A stretch of DNA of 64,000 nt from Bryobacterales bacterium. GTDB lineage: Bacteria > Acidobacteriota > Terriglobia > Bryobacterales > Bryobacteraceae. Numbering within the stretch: the stretch's first letter is position 1; each line of letters starts with the position of its first letter. Of the stretch, positions 26,784 to 35,591 are shown piece after piece. Under the pieces are notes generated by a model. That model saw only the letters and a list, made by a program, of their open reading frames with translations, was not told the DNA's origin and ran no database searches. The stretch covers positions 912,373 through 976,372 of the forward strand of contig CAVQHR010000008.1 of the NCBI GenBank assembly GCA_963712395.1. The letters are read 5' to 3'. A program made the translations under genes and the position numbers.

Positions 26784-27974
26784 GGTTGAACGCTATTGTC
26801 GGCGCCTCGAATCCGGAGCTTGTCGTCCAAGGGTTCGTTCCAGTATTTGGCGACATCGGCCCGCGTTGGTTGAACCGTGCCCAGTTCGTCCGTGCAGCGC
26901 GACATCAGCACGCACTCTTTTCCGTCCCAATTCCAGTGGAAGCCAAATCGGGTATGCGCCATTCGATAGGCCGGCGACCGAAGGTCGGCATTCTTCCAGC
27001 TCTCGCCGCCGTCGGTGGATATCTCGACGCCGCGGATGGCGCCCCCGCCGGACCACGCCAAGCCGCTGATTTCGTAGAACCCGGGGCCTGACAGACTGCT
27101 GCCCGCCGGAAGGAAAGGTGATGACCGATTTCGGTCCAATCTGGTGAGTCAACGCGGCCACTTTCGGGTCCGGATTGATATGCCCGTAGTCGTCATAGGT
27201 CATGTAGTAACGGTCCACGACCTTGATTCGCCGCAGGTACTTGATCTGATAAATGCCTTCAAAGCCAGGAACCATCAGCCGCAGAGGAAAGCCTTGCTGC
27301 GGACGGATCGGCTCGCCATTCATCGCGTAGCACACCAGACAGTCGTCCATCGCCTTCGCGAGCGGGATGCTCGACGCGCCCTTCACTTCTTCCGCGCCTT
27401 CCGCGACGATCCAGGACGCCGCGTCTTGCACGCCGGCCTCTTTGAGCAGCAGGGACAGCGGCACGCCGGTCCATTCGGCGCAACTCGTCAATCCGTGCGT
27501 TTCCTGAACGGTTTTGTGCGTCGGCTTGGCACGGTTTCCCAGGCACTCGATGAAATGGACGCGGGATACATACGGCAGACGCTTCAACTCGTCCATGGTG
27601 AAAACCAGCGGCCGGTCCACCATCCCGTGGATCATGAGGCGATGCTCGCGGGGGTCGATGTCGGGAACAAAGGCGCCGCGATGTGTCGCCGTATAGTGGA
27701 GCGAAGATGGCGTGATAATCCCGACCGAATCCTGCAGCGGAGTCAAGACGTGAAACGTGAGCCCGAATTCATCGGGCGAATGCCTCTCGGCCACGGGCAC
27801 GCGTATCGAGGTGACGAAACGGGAGCGCTCGCCATAGGCGATCAGCTCGTCGATTTTCTTGGCAGGCGTCCCTTGCGTCTGGCCCTTCGCAAGTTGCGCG
27901 CCTCCCGCGGCCAGACCGGCCAACGAGGCGCCACCTTTTAGGAATCCCCTTCGATCAGGTTTTTTCGAATCCAT
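26738..27974 (-). pseudogene. SoxC/SorA-like sulfite dehydrogenase molybdopterin subunit, frameshifted
   Basis: Tat signal RRGFLKGGASLAG and Moco-domain text in ORF 26793-27974 up to SVITFPSGGQ. The dimerisation domain (GPGFYEISGLAWSG...STDGGESW) continues in ORF 26738-27139. Confidence 0.8.
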
Positions 27975-28771
27975 GGGTTTCTCCTTGAAGATTGAGGCTT
28001 CCTGGAATTAGTTCTACGGCCTTCCGACCGTGAGAAATTATATACCCATTTGAAGCCGGCAATCTCTTGTCTAAAAAGGGTGATCTGCTTCGAACCGTCT
28101 TCCCAGAGGCATTCGAACGCCCTGAGCCACTACTGGCAACCAGAGCAATTGTTCGTCCTGTGGTTCCGCGTGTTGTGAGTTCTGAGGTGTTGTGGTCGCA
28201 GCGGCGTGCCTAAATCGGAAGTTGGTTGGAAGCCGGCTTGCATTCGCGATCTTATTTGCTTTCGGAACTGCGGAGATGTGGATTGCTCTACACATGGCCG
28301 TCACCGGCGACTAAAGCGGACCGACGTGCGGCCCAGTTTCGGCTACCCGTATGCTCCCCCCGACGTGCTCCTCGGAAACGCATCGAATGCCGCCGAATCT
28401 TCATCTCCACCCAGTGTTGATCAGTCCAAAACAATGACTCGAATGCCGACCCAAATGTTAGAGTCAATCCCATATTGCCGCCTCTTTCGTGGCAAAGCTT
28501 TGCCGCTCTAGGAACTCCTCCACCTAGCAAACGACGAATGACCGCCAAGATGCAGTTGGAAGTGAGTGCGACAGAAGCTACCGATGGAGCTCCCTCGCGT
28601 GCTCAACTAGGTTCACGACACCGGAACCGGGCGCTTTCTTCCTAACACTGGTTGCTCGTAACGTGCGGAATTCAGGGTTTTGAACCAAGCAGCCCGGCCC
28701 GTTTCCAGGCAAACGCAAGCGTCACTTTACAGCAAGTTTATGCCTCCATTTCTTAGAAAGGAGGAATCACA

Positions 28772-29047
28772 ATGGAATATGAAGATTTAGCGAAAGCAGA
28801 ACCCCACCCAGGAGCACGACAGGAGCACAGGGAGGGTACAGTGGCACGGAGCATCGAACAGCAAACTGCGAAGCTTCCTTCCGATCTATTCTTATGGGCA
28901 GCGTTTGGCTCAATTGGCGGGTCGCTGGCCTTTAAACTCGCTGGCAAGGATCATGCAGCGTTGTTCGTTGGGCAATGGGCGCCCACGTTCCTGCTTCTGG
29001 GTGTGTATAACAAGTTGGTGAAGTTGCACGGGTCCGAGGGGGCCTAA
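28772..29047 (+). CDS. small membrane protein (hypothetical)
   Basis: Strong RBS AAAGGAGGA, 91 aa, two hydrophobic helices (LFLWAAFGSIGGSLAF, WAPTFLLLGVY). Confidence 0.5.
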   Translation: MEYEDLAKAEPHPGARQEHREGTVARSIEQQTAKLPSDLFLWAAFGSIGGSLAFKLAGKDHAALFVGQWAPTFLLLGVYNKLVKLHGSEGA

Positions 29048-29166
29048 GTCATCACACGATCGCGAGCTGGCATGGATTCCCTAGCGCTCGAACTTGCCGT
29101 CTGTTGCGCCTACGTTGAAACTGGCATCCGGCCGCCGCTAAACAGTGATAGATCCACGCTGGTCGC

Positions 29167-29190
29167 GAAGGGACGGGTAATCCGTCCCTC
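29167..29190. repeat. 24 bp hairpin repeat, copy 1
   Basis: GAAGGGACGGgtaatCCGTCCCTC, 4 nt beyond the integrase stop codon. Identical to 34412-34435. Confidence 0.8.
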
Positions 29191-29194
29191 GCAC

Positions 29195-30129
29195 TCATGG
29201 TTCAATGCCGATTTTGTCGTTCACCGCAAACCGGAGCTTCTGTTTACAGCCGAGGTAATGTTCCGTCTGAATGGATACGTGGCCGAGAAGGAATTGGATT
29301 TGGTCGAGCTCGCCGCCCGCCAAATGGCAAAGACGTGCACATGTCCGTCGCAGATCGTGCGGCGCCAGTTTGTCTATGCCCGCGGTCTCGGCCGCTTTCT
29401 TGACGATTTCCCAAAGCACCTTCGGCGTCATGCCCTGGCCCCAGATCCTTCCTGACTTGTTGATCGCTCTGAATAGACAGCCGTCCTTGATTCCACTTGC
29501 TTCAGTCCATCGATCGAGCGCCTGCTTTGCCCAGAGTGGAATCGGTACCGTTCGAATGTGGCCGGCTTTTCCGTGAAGGTCGACAATCACCCAGTGGTCT
29601 TCTCGGAGTTGGACAGATGAAGCTGAAAGGGCAAGGAGTTCACCGCGCCTCAATCCACAACCAATCAGCAGAGCAAGGATGGCTTAGTTGCGTTTGCTTC
29701 TAAGACCATCACCATGAGAATTCAGCAGCAGCGAGCGGCCCTGATCGGCAGTGAGCCAGTTGCCCAGCCGCACGCCGATTCGGCGTACTCCCTTCACTCG
29801 GCGGATGCGGCGGCAAGTTCTGGACTGAGCAAGCCGGAATCGGCTGCCTCGTACGCGACACGCCTTACCGCGGCCAAGCGGAGGTTGATCGTTGTTGGAG
29901 CGAGCCTCCGCTGTTCCAAGTAGATCCGGTATCGAAGAACGACGGTGCGATTGAAGGCAAGCCGTGGTTCCGAGCAATACCAGTCGACGGATTCACTAAT
30001 GGCATGGTCGTAGGTTCGCTGGCCGCTTTTCGACGTTAGGCTGTTCAGCACGGCAGACTTTGTCTGTTCGAGATCAGGTAGAGCAAGAGATCGCTTGGGT
30101 GGTCTCCTCTTTCCGCGATGGCTGGGCAT
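29195..30129 (-). pseudogene. tyrosine integrase, two frameshifts
   Basis: N-domain in ORF 29794-30129, linker in 29684-29977, catalytic domain in 29195-29653 (GLRRGELLAL, HDLRRTCA, LLGHVSIQT-EHYL). Confidence 0.75.
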
Positions 30130-30307
30130 TCTGGGCGGCCTCCTGCGCCGCCTTCAGTCAGAATGCTCAAACTCCATCCTGTGCCGTCAGGGCGGGTTTA
30201 TCCGCCATCCGCCCAGAAGGGCTATCGATGATTGACTTGTCGATTTGTCTACAATCATCGAGAGTTGTATCCGCCGCGCTGAATGCGGCACTTCGAGGTG
30301 CAGACGT

Positions 30308-31576
30308 ATGTCGATGGGTTCCTGTTTATTTGGCAGTGCGGTGCTCGCGTGCCTCTTGAGCGCCACTGCGGTTTGGGCTCAGCAGCCGATCGCATCCAAT
30401 AGCGTGAAGACATCTGCCCCTGTTCCCGAAATCCCATACCCGTCCGGGCCGTCCGGCATTGGCAGGGTCGGTTTTGACTGGATCGATACTACGCGCCCTG
30501 ACAACTACGACCCAAAGCGCAAGCGTGAGCTGATGGTCTATTTCTGGTATCCGACGGCGAAATCGGTCGGTGCCAAGGGGCAGTACCTTCCAGGCGCGGC
30601 ACAAATGGACGCGGCGCCCGCAATCCACGAGTTGATGAGCCAGGAGTTCGGCAAGCGCTGGGCCCCGATTGTTTCCGGGGAGATTTCGTCGCATGCGGTT
30701 AACGGCGCGCCGATCGCCAGCAGCCGCAGTCCATTTCCCGTTGTCACTTTTTCGCACGGGGCCGGGGGCACAGGCTTCGAATACACGGTGCTGATCGAAG
30801 ATCTGGTGAGTCATGGATACGTCGTAGCCAGCATTGAACACACCTACACGGCGAAGGCGGTCTGGTTTCCAGACGGTAGGGTCGTCACCGAGCGCAATGA
30901 TTCGCCGCCTGCCGGGTTATCGCAGGCTGAGCGTCTGAGCTGGATGATGAAGCGAACCTCAGTCGGGATCGATCAGGGCGCAGCCGATGTTCGCTTCGTC
31001 ATCGATCGCATGAGGCAGCTCAATCACGACAAGCAACACTTCGCGCTTGCCGGCGCGATTGACCTGGAGCGGCTTACCGCGATGGGACACTCGGCAGGAG
31101 CGGAGTTTGCTGCGCGTGCATGCCAGCAGGACTCTCGAATCTATGCCTGCGTCGATCTCGACGGGGCTATGGTGCCCATCACCGCGCTTCCGGTCTACGG
31201 CGATGATCGAAAAATACTCCAACCATTATTGTTCCTCGAAGCTTTTCACCCTGAGAGCAACATGGGCGGCCTGCCCAATCAGATTGCGGAATACAAGAAG
31301 GTCAAGGAAAAACAGCTTCAGGAACTGCGCCCGGGTTCGTACGACGTCGTCTTGCATTCACCGGGGATCGCCCACCCAAGCTTCAGCGATGTGCCGCTTC
31401 TCTTCCATGGCCAGGATGGATTTCCCGAGACCCCGATCGTGCTACACAACCTCGATCTGATTACACAATTTATTCGTGCATTTCTCGACAAGACACTTCT
31501 CGGCGAAAAGCAGGCGCTGTTCGATGGCCGTCTCTCTGCTGTTCCCGAAGCGACCGTCACGGCGTATGGCCACTGA
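30308..31576 (+). CDS. exported alpha/beta hydrolase (PAF-acetylhydrolase-like)
   Basis: Signal peptide from the ATG at 30308 (MSMGSCLFGSAVLACLLSATAVWA). FPVVTFSHGAGG oxyanion region. Nucleophile elbow MGHSAGA. Confidence 0.7.
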   Translation: MSMGSCLFGSAVLACLLSATAVWAQQPIASNSVKTSAPVPEIPYPSGPSGIGRVGFDWIDTTRPDNYDPKRKRELMVYFWYPTAKSVGAKGQYLPGAAQMDAAPAIHELMSQEFGKRWAPIVSGEISSHAVNGAPIASSRSPFPVVTFSHGAGGTGFEYTVLIEDLVSHGYVVASIEHTYTAKAVWFPDGRVVTERNDSPPAGLSQAERLSWMMKRTSVGIDQGAADVRFVIDRMRQLNHDKQHFALAGAIDLERLTAMGHSAGAEFAARACQQDSRIYACVDLDGAMVPITALPVYGDDRKILQPLLFLEAFHPESNMGGLPNQIAEYKKVKEKQLQELRPGSYDVVLHSPGIAHPSFSDVPLLFHGQDGFPETPIVLHNLDLITQFIRAFLDKTLLGEKQALFDGRLSAVPEATVTAYGH

Positions 31577-31768
31577 TTCCGACGGCTACAGACTTCAGGC
31601 CAGCTGCGCTTATTGACAGGATTTGGGAAGGATTGTCGGCATGTGACAGGGACGCAAAACGCGGGTAGTCGCCAAGTGTAGATCGACCCTTCTGCTCCGG
31701 GCGCAAAAGCGCAATCCTAAAATCCTGACGCGATAGGCTTGTCAAGTCAATGACGAAGGTGATTCTTT

Positions 31769-32440
31769 GTGCCGCTATCCAATCAACACGAACGAATACT
31801 TGATTTCATATCGCTTCGCAATCAGTTGAGGCACGTGTACTGGATTGGTGGCGGAAGTTGCGCAGGGAAGTCCACTATTGCTCACAGGCTCGCAGATCAG
31901 TATGGCCTGTATCTATACACAACCGACGAGACAATGTCGGAGCACGCCCGCCGAAGCTCGCCTGGAAATTCCCCGTTCCTACACGAATTCATCGCAATGG
32001 ATATGGACGAGCGGTGGGTAAGTAGGACACCTGCGACGATGCTGGAAACGTTCCACTGGTTTCGTGGAGAGGCGTTTGACCTGATCATCGACGATCTTCT
32101 CCAAATCTCCACTGATACAGGAGTGATTGTAGAAGGATTTAGGCTGCTGCCTTCTTTGGTAAAGCCTCTTTTGCTGGCCAGTAATCGTGCTATCTGGCTC
32201 CTGCCATCGGCCGAGTTCCGCGAAAGCGTAGTCGAGCAGCGAGGTGAGTTCAGATCTGGCTTCCTCGCGAAAACGAGCAATCCCGAGAGAGCGCTCGAGA
32301 ATTTACTTAATCGGGATCGCATGTTCACAGATCGACTTCGCTACCAAATCAAAGATCTAGAACTGTCCTCAATCGAAGTCAATCCCGCAATAGACACTGC
32401 CGATGTAACCAGGGCCGTCGCGGAGATGCTCGGGCTGTGA
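31769..32440 (+). CDS. P-loop NTPase/kinase-like protein
   Basis: Walker A GGGSCAGKSTIA near the N-terminus. Visibly more AT-rich than its neighbours. Confidence 0.55.
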   Translation: MPLSNQHERILDFISLRNQLRHVYWIGGGSCAGKSTIAHRLADQYGLYLYTTDETMSEHARRSSPGNSPFLHEFIAMDMDERWVSRTPATMLETFHWFRGEAFDLIIDDLLQISTDTGVIVEGFRLLPSLVKPLLLASNRAIWLLPSAEFRESVVEQRGEFRSGFLAKTSNPERALENLLNRDRMFTDRLRYQIKDLELSSIEVNPAIDTADVTRAVAEMLGL

Positions 32441-32847
32441 TCTGCAACTACTCCTTTGCTTGTCATACGACAGTACTACACAAATAGCTGCAAAGAACAG
32501 ATGAGATCTAAGGAACATCTCCCAGGGAACGGTTCGTTGCATTTGGGTTCAAGCCAATCACGTCGATAACCCCGTCCTTGTCGCGAAGGTCACCTAATCC
32601 GGCGTTGGCCGAGAGTTCATTCCTAGATCGCGACTACGCCGTTACTCACGGGTAATCCCGAAGAGAGTGGTGAATTTGGGGTTTGGCTGTCACACAGCAA
32701 ACTGGCTGGCTTCGAAAGATAGCAGTTGCGAAGCACACTTGCCGATCTTAATCCGATAGTGACTGAGAACCCCAGATTGATATCTAAATCCTCCTACCGC
32801 ATTCCCTTGCCTGGCGACTTTCGTCCTTTGAACCAGGTCATTCTCGA

Positions 32848-34131
32848 TCAGCGAAGAGATTCAAATTCGCTGACCCAATGAATGCGGTCCTGGAGGAGAG
32901 GGTACGTGGCTGGAAGCGGGATACGGGTGAGTGTGAGAGCTGTGATGTCTTGGCCGGTTGGGCCGAGCGGCTTCAGAACGAGGTGGTTTGCATCGAGCTG
33001 GTCTACTGCAAACATCAGCATGCCGCGGACCTCATAAAGAATACGGAGGCGCTGATGTGCGCGGTCGTAGATGGCTCTTGAACGCCAGAGGGTGCCGCTG
33101 GCATCGCGGAAGTAGGTGTCAGTGTTTGACTCGAAGAAGATGCTCACGATCTGTGAGCCGTCGGCACCCACGAGCCCGTACCCTCCACTCTGCAAACGCC
33201 AGCCGCCTGTGAAAGTTGATGGGTTTTTTGAAGCCTGTTGCTTCATGTTCCAGACGGCATAGGTTCCACTGATGAACTGGCAACAGGCGAGGATCATCAC
33301 GAGCAACTCGATAGCGAGCAGGAATCTCTGGGTGGTGATGCGGAAGGTCGCAGGGCTCCAGGATTGACCTGCGACGACGGGTCTGCGCGTCAAGAAGAAA
33401 CGGACAAAGGAGTTGAATTCTGGAGTGAGCAGGACAAGCGCCATGACGAGCAGGGAGAGTGAGTAGAGTTTGACGGGGACGTTGAATGTGACGTCAAGCA
33501 GCGCGACGTTCGCCATCACGATGGCTGCAAGTATCGATCCCAGGAAAGCGGTGCGGCCAAAAAGGAGTGCCAGTCCGGCGATAACCTCGGTCCAGCCGAG
33601 GAACATCACGAAACCCGGCCGGATGCCGTAGAGCGACCAGAAGAGCATCGTCGGCGATGCCTGACCGACCGCTTCGTTGAGAACGGCGAGAGGCGGTGTG
33701 GGGAACTGGATGGGAAAAATCTTGATGAACCCGTAGCGGAGTAGCGCTACGGCGAGGGTGAGGCGGACGAGAAAGCGAAGCCAGCCGAGGAGATCTTGGT
33801 CGGGGCGGCGCAAATCGGCAAAGCTCCAAAGCAAACCCGAGACGAGCCCGCTAGCAAATATGACCAGGACGGCGATCCAGCGGAGCGCGCTGTCGCTGCC
33901 GGACTGAACGTGGAGGTTTGCCGCGGGTCCGGTGAGATGGAAAAGGTGGATGCTAACCGATTGGACGAAAAGCTCCATCGGGTGACGAATAGCCGCGTCT
34001 GCGGCGGATCCAACAAAAGGGAGCAGAGCGATCAATGATCCACTCCCGCCGAAGAGCGCGAAGAGGAGGAAGAAACAGAGCATGATTCGAAGTATGAGGC
34101 CGCGGACGACGCTCAAGTTGTTTAGGTTCAT
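32848..34131 (-). CDS. polytopic membrane protein with DoxX-like core and a C-terminal soluble domain
   Basis: Multiple TM helices. The TEVIAGLALLFGRTAFLGSILAAIVMANV text is DoxX-like. Confidence 0.5.
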   Translation of the reverse strand: MNLNNLSVVRGLILRIMLCFFLLFALFGGSGSLIALLPFVGSAADAAIRHPMELFVQSVSIHLFHLTGPAANLHVQSGSDSALRWIAVLVIFASGLVSGLLWSFADLRRPDQDLLGWLRFLVRLTLAVALLRYGFIKIFPIQFPTPPLAVLNEAVGQASPTMLFWSLYGIRPGFVMFLGWTEVIAGLALLFGRTAFLGSILAAIVMANVALLDVTFNVPVKLYSLSLLVMALVLLTPEFNSFVRFFLTRRPVVAGQSWSPATFRITTQRFLLAIELLVMILACCQFISGTYAVWNMKQQASKNPSTFTGGWRLQSGGYGLVGADGSQIVSIFFESNTDTYFRDASGTLWRSRAIYDRAHQRLRILYEVRGMLMFAVDQLDANHLVLKPLGPTGQDITALTLTRIPLPATYPLLQDRIHWVSEFESLR

Positions 34132-34411
34132 GGTTTTCAGAGGTGCTGCTCGAGGGCGGTTGACCGAATGAGAGACAATCTTTTCGGTCAGGTGATCGAG
34201 TCTTACACGGTTCGGCGGGCAAGTCTTCCTTGATTTCTAATGTGGTTGATGTTCGCCTCGGCATAACTAGATCGCAATAAATCTCGCAGCGGAGGAGTTT
34301 ACAAAGCGAGCTCATAAGCGTCGGGTGTCGGGAAACGCTCATCGGTTCGACTTTGCGCCGTCGCCGCCGGGCAGATGGCCTGGATTCTGCCGATTCTTCG
34401 CGAGTGGTCCG

Positions 34412-34435
34412 GAAGGGACGGGTAATCCGTCCCTC
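34412..34435. repeat. 24 bp hairpin repeat, copy 2
   Basis: GAAGGGACGGgtaatCCGTCCCTC, identical to and in the same orientation as 29167-29190. Confidence 0.8.
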
Positions 34436-34448
34436 AGCATAAAGGTTC

Positions 34449-34565
34449 GAGCTCGATCAGATTCAGTTCCTGCTCGGCCACGTGTCGATCCAAACTACGG
34501 AGCATTATCTCGGCTGCAAACAAAAGCTCCGAGTCGCCGTAAACGAGAAGCTCGGGATCGGCACT
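34449..34565 (+). pseudogene. orphan 3' fragment of a second tyrosine integrase
   Basis: Translates ELDQIQFLLGHVSIQTTEHYLGCKQKLRVAVNEKLGI. This parallels the last ~40 codons of the 29195-30129 integrase but on the opposite strand. Confidence 0.65.
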
Positions 34566-35060
34566 ACTTTTCTGGGGGCAGGCTTTTCCATCCCCAAAGT
34601 CGCATCACATCTTGCTTAGACATACGAAGACCGAGCACACGGGCAAGCGAGCAGATTTGCCCGCGATGATGCGCATCGTGCTGCATTAAGTAGGTCATCA
34701 TATTCACCAAGCGACGAGGCATCTTCTTCACTCGTGGCTGCCCGTGCGCCAGCGCTGCTTCGAATAACGTCGTCAATGCTTCTCGGCTCTGTTGCAGTGC
34801 CTGGCGTGCCTCGTCGAGGGTCGATCGGCTACGGTCAATGGAAACCGGTAGCGGGTCCGCACCGCCCATCTTTGCGAACATATTCCGCACACTCTGCATG
34901 TGTGCGACGATCGCGGCTATAGAGCGACCTTTGTCGCCAGGTGGCTTTGCAGACCAGATCGGCGCCGGCAGGATCTGGAGCAAGTAATCGGTGACTCGAT
35001 AGCATGCTCAAAGGCTTCAGACAATTCTCGTTCCAGGTTCAATGCTCGGCCAACTGCCAT
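34564..35060 (-). pseudogene. DinB-family protein with an apparent 1-nt frameshift near codon 24
   Basis: ORF 34564-34983 has DinB text (IAAIVAHM..., MQHDAHHRGQI). The expected N-terminal helix MAVGRALNLERELSEAFEHAIES is in another frame starting at 35060. Confidence 0.55.
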
Positions 35061-35181
35061 GCTCCAAGTCTCGCGGGCGATTGGGGGCAGGATACCAGCT
35101 CACCGGAGATAAACCTTGTCCAGCGAACGATAAAGTTGCGATTGCTTCTGAGGCGAGCCTTCTCAGATCGCCAGTAGGCCG

Positions 35182-35571
35182 TCATAGACGATCTATCCGT
35201 GCCCGGGGGCTGCGGAGGCGCCATTCGCCTGGCATGAAGAGGTTCATGCCACGCGCCAGCCAATGTCCCGGACCGCGGCGGACCATCTGCGGGCTGGCAT
35301 TCATACCATGATTGTGAATGGGCATTGCAGCGTCCACGCTTACAGTGAGTTCAGCAGGCTGTTGGTCTTGTTGTCGTAGAACTTTGATATCGATATCGAA
35401 GTCCTGATTGAGAGGGACTTCCTCGTAACCCAACACCTGCCAGGTCACGAGGTAAGTCCCGTTAGTGCTGACGGAGGATCCGGTTGCGCCAGGGGCATGG
35501 CGGCTGAGTAAACACGCGGCCAACGCGATTGCTCCCCATCGAAGCCGGCGAGCGTTTCCTGTCCGAGTCAT
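35182..35571 (-). CDS. exported hypothetical protein
   Basis: ATG at 35571 gives the signal peptide MTRTGNARRLRWGAIALAACLL. Beta-rich domain with MPIHNHGMN. It is the last gene of the PEP-CTERM/protease operon. Confidence 0.4.
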   Translation of the reverse strand: MTRTGNARRLRWGAIALAACLLSRHAPGATGSSVSTNGTYLVTWQVLGYEEVPLNQDFDIDIKVLRQQDQQPAELTVSVDAAMPIHNHGMNASPQMVRRGPGHWLARGMNLFMPGEWRLRSPRARIDRL

Positions 35572-35591
35572 TCGCTCCTCCGCCGGTCTTA

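Noticed and set aside
29191-29215. Apparent extension of the 24 bp direct repeat (GGTTCaAtgcCGAT versus GGTTCgAgctCGAT).
   Set aside because: The flanks are integrase coding sequence on opposite strands at non-equivalent codons, so the resemblance is probably chance.
32545-32575. tRNA T-arm-like GGGTTCAAGCC string, checked along with other GGTTCGA/GGTTCAA hits for tRNA or tmRNA genes.
   Set aside because: Flanking bases do not form the 5 bp T-stem or an acceptor stem. No cloverleaf could be drawn at any hit.
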